From Octopus sinensis (taxonomy: Eukaryota): a DNA stretch of 5,796 bases. Position 1 is the first letter of the stretch. Each line of letters opens with the position of its first letter. A model generated the notes under the pieces. That model was not told the origin of the DNA. It saw nothing but the letters and a program-made list of their open reading frames with translations, and did no database searches. The translations under genes were made by a program, and so were the position numbers. Positions 1 to 5,796 of this stretch are shown here, in pieces. The stretch is taken from NCBI RefSeq assembly GCF_006345805.1, contig NW_021829434.1, positions 1 through 5,796 on the forward strand, read 5' to 3'.

Positions 1-157
1 TTCTTTCAATCTCCTCACCAAAAAACATCTCATACTAATGTTCTAATGGTATAAGATTTTAATAGCCTTGTGTTTGATAGACAAAGAAAACAAACTCTAT
101 ATAACATTAGCTCTGCTAAGGCATTTTACTACAGTTGCACACATCTATGAATAAATC

Positions 158-192
<35 letters not shown>

Positions 193-300
193 GTATCAGT
201 GTGTGTGTGTATGTATACTATATGTGTGTGTATGTGTATACAGCCTTTTGTATGCGCGTGTTTGTATATAGTCTACACGCTTAAATGTGTCTATGCGTAT
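158..300. repeat. Compound (AT)n/(GT)n microsatellite, degenerate towards 3' end
   Basis: Near-pure AT run from 158 to ~191, then gtgtgtgtgt and TATG/TGTG variants to ~300. Confidence 0.9.
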
Positions 301-449
301 GAAGGTTAACCTGCATTTATTCAAGAGCACATACATGTATGATTATATAAACATATAGAGAGATAGAGATACGTATGCACGTGTGGATATGTGCGTGTCT
401 GTTTGATTTGTATATGTGAACAACACTCATAAAGATATTTTGGAATATT

Positions 450-468
450 TATATACATATATATAAAT

Positions 469-508
<40 letters not shown>

Positions 509-816
509 ACATATATATATATACATATATATATGTATATTTGTGTATATATATATATTTGTACATATACATATATACACACACATATATATATGTATGT
601 ATATATGTATATATATATGTATATATACATATATATAATGTATATTGTAATATTTATATATATATATATATATAAATATATTCTATATATATATACATAT
701 ATACACATATATATATATTGCACACATATATGTGTATATATTTATATATGTGTATGTATATATATGTATGTACATATGTGTGTATGTGTGTGCATGTATG
801 TATGTATGTATATATA
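450..816. repeat. Long degenerate (AT)n tract with AC/GT/ATGT variants
   Basis: Pure (AT)16 at 471-502, followed by ~310 bp of mostly alternating purine-pyrimidine sequence (atat, acat, gtat, gtgt). It generates the Y/I/M/C-rich ORFs 321-584, 502-723 and 533-922. Confidence 0.95.
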
Positions 817-1226
817 CAAAAATGTTTCCAAAATTGTTTATCTGCATTTTCATAAGACTACCACCACTACTAACAAAAACTCAAAAATAAAACAAAGACA
901 TCAATGGCCTACCACAGAGTAAACGAGAAAAAACAAATTTTTAAGCACCACCAGCACATTCTCCATTTTGATCTGTGAGATATCTCGCCGCCATCTTAGG
1001 TCATCTGGTTACTTTTGAAAGGTCAGAAAAACAGATTTAGTGTGGATATTTTTCTCAGCAGATTTAGATTTTGTCAAAAGATAAGATAAAAAGAGAAAAG
1101 GCCATCGGTTAAATAACGTTTGGTACTAAGTGAAAGAAAAAAATTCAAAAATTACGAAATCATGGCACCTGAGTATAATGCACAATCATAATAATAATTT
1201 GAAGGAGAATGACAAAAAGAGCAACA

Positions 1227-1671
1227 AAGAAGAAGAAGAAGAAGAAGAAGAAGAAGAAGAAAAAGAAGAAGAGAAGAAGAAGAAGAGAAGAAGGAAGAGG
1301 AGGAGTGTGAGAAGAAGAAGAGAAGAAGAAGACGAAGAAGACAAGAAGAAGAAGAAAAAGAAGAGAAGAACGAAGAAGAAAAATGAAGAAAGAATGAGAG
1401 AAGAAGAAGAAGAGAAGAAGGAAGAGGAAGAAGAAAAGAGGAGAGAAAAGAAGAAGAAGACGAAGGAAGAGGAAGAGGAGAAGTGAAGAGGAGGAAGAAG
1501 AAGAAGAAGAAGAAGAAGAAGAAGAAAAAGAAGGAAAAGAAGAAAATTAAGAAGAAAAAATGAAGAAATATAAGAAAATGAAGAAGAAGAAGAAATGAAG
1601 AGAAGAAGATGAAGAAGAAGAAGGAAAATGAAGAGAATAATGAGGAAGAAGAAGAAGAAGAAGAAGAAGAA
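1227..1671 (+). repeat. Degenerate (GAA)n polypurine trinucleotide tract
   Basis: Plus strand is almost all A/G. Pure GAA runs at about 1229-1261, 1494-1526 and 1645-1671 are joined by GAG/AAG/GAC/AAT variants. Confidence 0.97.
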
Positions 1672-1767
1672 TGATAGGATAATGATGATAATAAAAACGA
1701 CAACGACGACGATTATTATTATTCTTTAAAATATAGTTTACCATTTTCATTTTTATATTTTGGTAAT

Positions 1768-1800
<33 letters not shown>

Positions 1801-1930
1801 AATTATGGTCATAATATGAATAATAATCATGATGCCATTTAATATTTAGCAACAACAACAACAACAACAACAATGACTACCACAACAATAACGACAGCAA
1901 TTTTAATACATAATAACAACAACAACAGTA
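1672..1930 (+). repeat. Compound trinucleotide cluster (GAT/AAT, GAC, ATT, AAC)
   Basis: gatgataat and acgacgacgattattattatt near 1680-1722; (AAC)10 at 1768-1797, (AAC)7 at 1851-1871 and (AAC)4 at 1915-1926. Confidence 0.92.
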
Positions 1931-1943
1931 GTGATTTCTTCAG

Positions 1944-2000
1944 CGTGCGTGTGTGTGTGTGCACGCGTGTGTATCTACGGGTGCACACGCACAATACACA
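1944..2000. repeat. Short degenerate (GT)n/(CA)n patch
   Basis: gcgtgcgtgtgtgtgtgtgcacgcgtgtgt followed by gtgcacacgcac. Confidence 0.75.
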
Positions 2001-2173
2001 CAACCATGCAGAAACACAAGCGCATACATCCGCATATATCTTCTGTAATCTTTATACAGGAAGAGAATATCTCTTTCAGAAACGACTCATTTTCTTTAAA
2101 TCATATGTTGCTAATTCTGTTTATTCTTCATCAGTTCTATCTTGTGCGAGTACCTGTTGGCTTGTGTCACTAT

Positions 2174-2320
2174 GGCCATGAATTGACAAAAGTCGTTTTA
2201 CATTGACAATTACAATGCTTTGCGATGTTTTGTTTCGGTTTCTGCGCTATGGGTTCAAATTCCACTCACGTCACCTTCACCTTTCTACCTTTCTTTCAGA
2301 GCTGATAAATAAAATGGCAC
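2174..2320 (+). mobile_element. Old, highly diverged tRNA-derived SINE fragment (second family)
   Basis: B-box-like GGTTCAAATTCC at 2252-2263 and a degenerate A-box-like TGACAAAAGTCG at ~2184-2195. The downstream 'caccttcacctttctacctttc...agagctgataaataaa' resembles, from memory, the conserved GCCTTTCATCCTTTCGGGGTCGATAAAATAAG segment of an abundant octopus SINE. Family assignment needs RepeatMasker/Dfam. Confidence 0.6.
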
Positions 2321-2384
2321 TATAATATTTCTTTTAAAAAATGTGCTTAAGGGAACGCAATAAAAAAACTTCTCTCTAAACACC

Positions 2385-2479
2385 CCAGTACAAAACCCCT
2401 CGGAAAATCCCTCACCGCCACGGACAAAACCACTGTGACTTTATAACCGTGACTTTCTTTACCTGGATTCGAAATCCAG
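2385..2479. mobile_element. Possible degenerate foldback/MITE-type terminus
   Basis: Left-arm-like motifs gtacaaaacccc, ggaaaatccc and ggacaaaaccac are followed by two tandem GTGACTTT-N-ACC units. It ends in a perfect 7-bp-stem hairpin CTGGATT-CGA-AATCCAG (2463-2479). No matching left terminus was found. Confidence 0.3.
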
Positions 2480-2517
2480 ACACGCATTTTGTGCAGATTC
2501 AGTTTTTATTTTATTAC

Positions 2518-2608
2518 TACATACGTGCACACGTACATATATATACATATGTGCATATATACTTGTATATATAGAAGTATATCGATATATGTGTGTGTAT
2601 CTTTACAT

Positions 2609-2657
<49 letters not shown>

Positions 2658-2725
2658 TTATGTGTATATCTATTTATACATACAATGCATATATACATAC
2701 GCACGTACGTACGTATGTATATACA
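2518..2725. repeat. Compound (AT)n/(CA)n/(GTAC)-type microsatellite
   Basis: cacacacacacaca running into a long atatat run at ~2608-2654, with flanking tacgtgcacacgtac and gcacgtacgtacgtatg. Confidence 0.9.
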
Positions 2726-2966
2726 CGGTCGTGTGACGACTTCTTACCTTCGTTAAACTATAATTATTTACACTACAGTATATTGTTATGAAAATGAAAA
2801 CTAATCGCAACAACAAACACTGAAGGAACCATGCAGTTATAAAACATGTGCTGTATTAGTTGGGTAAAAAGAAATCAACAGGATATTAAACAGCAAGGAT
2901 ATTAAACGCGGGGAAGACCACATATTTAACAAGACGTCGGCATTTCCCTCCGAAGTTGACAAGATT

Positions 2967-3026
<60 letters not shown>
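2967..3026 (+). repeat. Perfect (GATA)15 tetranucleotide microsatellite
   Basis: 60 bp of uninterrupted GATA units. Confidence 0.98.
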
Positions 3027-3028
<2 letters not shown>

Positions 3029-3146
3029 GTACATATATATATATGTGTGTGTGTGTGTGTGGTGTGTGTGTATGTGTGCGTGCGTGTGTGTGTGTGTATG
3101 TGTGTGTGTGTGTGTATGTATGTGTGTGTGTGTGTGCGTGCGTGCA
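3029..3146 (+). repeat. (AT)n then degenerate (GT)n microsatellite
   Basis: atatatatatat followed by gtgtgt with GTAT/GCGT variants to ~3146. Confidence 0.95.
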
Positions 3147-3215
3147 TGGTTGTGTTACGTACTGGTTATCACAAATGTATTAAAATACAGTTATACATTC
3201 TTTGATAATAATAAG

Positions 3216-3279
3216 AAAATGTTAAAAACAGTTTACAAGAAAGTATTCAAGATACTATTCGAGAACGGGACTACGAAAT
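3216..3279 (+). CDS. Putative small coding exon (unknown protein), ends at GTAAAT donor
   Basis: The frame is open from 3215 as ENVKNSLQESIQDTIRERDYE, then AT|GTAAAT (donor GT at 3280-3281). Candidate acceptors are AG 3214-3215 or AG 3230-3231, both with weak pyrimidine tracts. No homology recognised. Confidence 0.33.
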
Positions 3280-3432
3280 GTAAATTGCGTTCAATAAAAA
3301 TCATGTTTGTTTGGTAGCATATATATACACAAAAGGAGATATATTTAAGAATTTACCAAGAATTGGAAAGGAATAACTGACCTGTCTGTCTGACATTTTC
3401 TGTCTTGTGTGTATATATATATATACACACAG

Positions 3433-3586
3433 TGAGCCGGAAGATGAAAGCGAGCCATCTGGGAATCTTTTGGGGGGTGATTGTCCCATCTGCAGAAATC
3501 CCCATGGATGTTTCGCAGGAGCCAAAGCACGGTCAGCCAAACATGATGACGGGAAGCTCTGTCTCTCTTGTAGGAATCAGCAGTGA
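3433..3586 (+). CDS. Putative terminal exon, Cys/His-containing peptide (frame A, not in ORF track)
   Basis: Acceptor ACACAG| at 3431-3432, with CTGAC branch-point-like motifs at 3378 and 3390 and a T/C-rich stretch. Codons from 3434 read EPEDESEPSGNLLGGDCPICRNPHGCFAGAKARSAKHDDGKLCLSCRNQQ, followed by TGA TGA (3584-3589) and AATAAA at 3597-3602. Phase matches the donor at 3280. Confidence 0.38.
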
Positions 3587-3764
3587 TGATCAGGTTAATA
3601 AAGATGCTCTGTTCTTTGAAACAGATACCGAAACCGAGACCTCTACACGTTTCTTGCCGTATCGAAGCAAACTCATGTCAACTATCAGTGAAGATTGGCG
3701 ATTCGTGAAGAAGCGAATATGGAAACTGAGAAACCTGCAGAAGGACAGTGACGACAGATCATGA
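3433..3764 (+). CDS. Alternative long open frame (frame B; ORF track 3405-3764), unknown product
   Basis: About 110 stop-free codons in a segment visibly more GC-rich than its flanks (...GISSDDQVNKDALFFETDTETETSTRFLPYRSKLMSTISEDWRFVKKRIWKLRNLQKDSDDRS*). A strong acceptor-like ctctgtctctcttgtag|G lies at 3572-3573. The ORF-track start (TTG in a TA repeat) is not credible. Confidence 0.35.
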
Positions 3765-3797
3765 ATCTATCATTAATACCTATTTAAGGAGTGCTAT

Positions 3798-3807
3798 GTT
3801 TTATTAT
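3798..3807. repeat. Target-site duplication, left copy (GTTTTATTAT)
   Basis: Exact 10-bp match to 4106-4115. Bases on either side differ, which bounds the duplication. Confidence 0.88.
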
Positions 3808-4105
3808 CACGTGATCACGTGACACACCAGACGTTGCTACATATCGCTGGTCACAATGCGTTCGAATAGTTTTAGCCTTCCAATGACGCCACCCTGCTGG
3901 CTAAGCGAGCAAGCCAACAGAAGAAAGAGTGAGAGAAAGAGTGATGAAAGAGTACAGCAGGGATCACCACCCCCTGCCGGAGCCTCGTGGAGCTTTTAGG
4001 TGTTTTCGCTCAATAAACACACACAACGTTCGGTCTGGGAATCGAAACCGCGATCCTACAACCGTAAGTCCGCTGCCCTAACCACTGGGCCATTTGCTCC
4101 TCCGC
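3808..4105 (-). mobile_element. Full-length tRNA-derived SINE (~298 bp) with target-site duplication
   Basis: The minus strand begins GCGGAGGAGCAAATGGCCCAGTGGTTAGGGCAGCGGACTTACGGTTGTAGGATCGCGGTTTCGATTCCC, with an intact D-stem GCCC/GGGC and A and B boxes. A segment loosely like the CORE/V-type TTGAGCAAGACACTTAA motif follows (TTGAGCGAAAACACCTAA), then a tandem-repeat tail. It is flanked by the direct repeat GTTTTATTAT. It resembles octopus SINEs from memory. Confidence 0.92.
4037..4092 (-). promoter_or_regulatory. Internal RNA polymerase III type-2 promoter of the SINE (A box and B box)
   Basis: A box TGGCCCAGTGG at 4092-4082. B-box variant GGTTTCGATTCCC at 4049-4037 (consensus GGTTCGANNCC). 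Spacing is tRNA-like. Confidence 0.8.
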
Positions 4106-4115
4106 GTTTTATTAT
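4106..4115. repeat. Target-site duplication, right copy (GTTTTATTAT)
   Basis: Exact match to 3798-3807, immediately outside the SINE 5' end. Confidence 0.88.
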
Positions 4116-4431
4116 GTATAGTACAATAAATACGGTAAGTTCACGAAGTAGTAATTATACTCTTTTCATTGTGTTTTACTTTTCATTCTTTTTAACACTT
4201 GTTGCTTGTATCAATATCTTTTTAGTCAACAGCACTTTTTAAAAATCCCATAATTACTATAATTAACAAATGTCTGATTTTCATAATCCAAATGTACATC
4301 CTAACTAAAGTGAACGTTTGAAGCGCGCGTATGAGCTTATTTCACTTGCCACTTGTTAATTTCTTTTGCCTCGTTGTGTCGTTATATGTGCTTTAAGATG
4401 CTTTTTTTTCCTAATGTTCGTACATACACTA

Positions 4432-4555
4432 TACAATTACTGATTCCCACTCACCCCTGTTTATTCCAACCCACCCGCTTATATGAATTTAAGCAAATGT
4501 CCAACCTACCCGCTTATTCCAGCCGCCCCCATCCCTTATTTGGGACCAGAGGGTA
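4432..4555. repeat. Direct repeat copy 1 (124 bp); probable DNA transposon/MITE terminal segment
   Basis: About 80% identical by manual alignment to 4604-4727. It has two internal CCAACC(C/T)ACC(C)GCTTAT subrepeats (4466, 4501) and ends TTATTTGGGACCAGAGGGTA. Confidence 0.8.
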
Positions 4556-4603
4556 AATAATCTAGATTTTAAATAAATCAAGGGAGACAACCTTGAAAAG
4601 TTT

Positions 4604-4727
4604 TACAATTACTGATTTTCCACCACCTCACCCCATTCTATTCCAACCCACCGCTTATAAGCATTTAAGCAAACGTCCAACCCACCTGCTTATTCCAACC
4701 CTACCTTTTATTTGGGACCCTAGAGTA
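4604..4727. repeat. Direct repeat copy 2 (124 bp); probable DNA transposon/MITE terminal segment
   Basis: Starts with the same TACAATTACTGATT, has subrepeats at 4643 and 4677, and ends TTATTTGGGACCCTAGAGTA. The period from copy 1 is 172 bp. Confidence 0.8.
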
Positions 4728-4906
4728 CACTATTTAGAGTCGTCTTAGCATTTAACGATACCATTTTCTTCCTTTCTCCTACCTTGTTATAGAGCTCCTT
4801 ATTTCTTCCCTACACATAACGACCCCTTTTGTTTCAGACTCATTTCATATTTCTTCTCTCATTGAACTTTTCTTTTCTTTCTCTCTTCGACACGAATTTC
4901 CTGTTA

Positions 4907-4930
4907 CTCTCTGTCTCTATCTCTCTCTAT

Positions 4931-4964
<34 letters not shown>

Positions 4965-5231
4965 TTTCTCTCTGTCTTTGAACATATCTGCTCTCTCCCT
5001 CTCTCTCTCTCTCTCTCTCTTTCTCTCCCTCTCTTTCTCTCTCTGAACATATCCGCTCTCTCTTTGTCTCCCTCTCCCCTCTCTCTCTCTCTCTGAACAT
5101 ATCCGCTCTCTCCCTCTCTCTTTCTCTCCCTCTCCCTCCCTCTCTCTCTCTCTCTGAACATAACCGCTCTTTCCCTCTCTCTGTCTCTGTCTCTCTATTT
5201 CCCTCCTCTTCTCTCTCTCCCTCTCTTTCTC
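4907..5231 (+). repeat. (CT)n polypyrimidine tract with four embedded copies of a TGAACATA(T/A)C(C/T)GC core
   Basis: Cores start at 4979, 5044, 5094 and 5155, separated by degenerate CT/CCCT runs. Confidence 0.93.
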
Positions 5232-5251
5232 ACATTTTATTCTACGAAAAA

Positions 5252-5796
5252 TCACATATCAAATGGCCAGAAGGCCACATCCTTTCCGGAATGTCACTGC
5301 ATGAACAAAAGCATGTAGAGTCATTACTTGAACTTACTAATAAGCTATTCGCGGAGCAATTGTTACTCAGGCCAATCAGGTGAAATACAATATTGGATCT
5401 CTGCTTCACAAATAATGTGGACCTTATCCATAATGTGAAGGTGACACCAACAGCACTCTCAGATCACAACATTGTTGAACTAACGATGTATGGTCCTGAG
5501 CGAACTGCTGGTATCTACCCTATCAGGAGAACTCAAATCTTATCCAACGAGAATTTCTGTAAAGCAAAATGGGAATCAATCCACAAAGAGATCCACAAAC
5601 AGAACTGGTTCAATATTCTACGTATGCAAGTCAGTTTTGTGTCAAACGTGCAAGCCGAATACACTAAATATACATCCAGAAAGAAAGGCTAGCATACTGG
5701 CAAACAAGATTCCCAGAGACAGAAAAATCCTTATGAGACGTAGGTCAAAGGACTCAGATCGGCTGAATAGACAACTGAAGGATAAGAAGAAGTCTT
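5252..5796 (+). mobile_element. Disrupted non-LTR retrotransposon (LINE) ORF2 fragment: C-terminal half of APE endonuclease plus linker; probably CR1/L2-like group; runs off the window edge
   Basis: The frame from 5255 reads HIKWPEGHILSGMSLHEQKHVESLLELTNKLFAEQLLLRPIR*NTILDLCFTNNVDLIHNVKVTPTALSDHNIVEL, containing the APE-type PTR-x3-LDL and SDH motifs. The NFCKAKWESI...NW linker motif follows. There is an in-frame TGA at 5381-5383 and a frameshift near 5687-5690, after which the frame resumes as ASILANKIPRDRKILMRRRSK. Clade assignment is tentative. Confidence 0.9.

Noticed and set aside
321-922. ORFs 321-584, 502-723 and 533-922 (Y/I/M/C-rich)
   Set aside because: These are translations of AT/GT dinucleotide repeats, which lack stop codons in some frames. 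There is no domain-like content.
1130-1703. Poly-E/K ORF (1130-1486) and poly-S/F/L ORF (1152-1703)
   Set aside because: Both are the two strands of the GAA tract. The start is a non-ATG codon or falls in repeat sequence, and there is no splice or compositional support.
1547-2206. ORFs 1547-1873, 1873-2181 and 1931-2206
   Set aside because: Dominated by AAC/ATT/GT repeats (poly-L, poly-C, poly-N). The unique parts show no recognisable motif.
2880-2907. 12-bp direct repeat AGGATATTAAAC x2 (period 16)
   Set aside because: A small local slippage duplication with no element between the copies, so not a TSD.
2837-3317. ORFs 2837-3034, 2926-3147 and the 5' part of 3027-3317
   Set aside because: Mostly GATA and GT repeat translation (IYLS, HT, VC repeats).
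3301-3540. Minus-strand ORFs 3301-3540 and 3345-3530
   Set aside because: Antisense shadows of the GC-richer island. Splice signals favour the plus strand.
4030-4105. Possible tRNA gene on the minus strand
   Set aside because: The D arm and boxes are present, but the anticodon stem and acceptor stem do not pair properly. The sequence continues into a SINE body bounded by a TSD.
4116-4140. AAATACGGTA (minus strand TACCGTATTT..., like pogo/Tigger-type termini) and overlapping perfect donor G|GTAAGT at 4135
   Set aside because: No partner inverted terminus was found in the window. A donor here would lie downstream of both candidate stops, so neither reading is supported without expression data.
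4000-4556. ORFs 4000-4242 and 4353-4556
   Set aside because: They overlap the antisense SINE and the duplicated repeat, start at non-ATG codons and give no protein-like signal.
4979-5170. CRISPR-like repeat-spacer appearance
   Set aside because: The repeats are only ~14 nt and non-palindromic, the spacers are low-complexity CT rather than unique sequence, there are no cas genes, and the context is eukaryotic.
4904-5255. R/E-rich minus-strand ORFs 4904-5161 and 4917-5255
   Set aside because: Translation of (GA)n repeat; not coding.

Overview
Animal (not prokaryotic) AT-rich, repeat-dense DNA. Octopus/cephalopod origin is my inference from the microsatellite load and from SINE families I recognise from memory. 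Roughly 40% of the window is simple repeat: (AT)n/(GT)n, a ~445-bp GAA-rich purine tract, (AAC)n, a perfect (GATA)15 and a ~325-bp CT tract. These explain almost every ORF in the supplied track. Mobile elements are: a full-length tRNA-derived SINE on the minus strand (3808-4105) with a 10-bp target-site duplication; an old degraded SINE of a second family (2174-2320); a disrupted non-LTR retrotransposon ORF2 fragment running off the right edge (5252-5796); two direct ~124-bp copies of a probable DNA-transposon terminus (4432-4555, 4604-4727); and a possible foldback/MITE end (~2385-2479). The only candidate host coding sequence is a more GC-rich island at ~3216-3764, where a GT-AG intron (3280-3432) can join two protein-like segments and two reading frames overlap. 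I cannot name the product. I found no convincing new biological system. The most worthwhile leads are the hidden exon model and an antisense SINE whose Pol III transcript would meet no TTTT terminator until it has crossed that exon.
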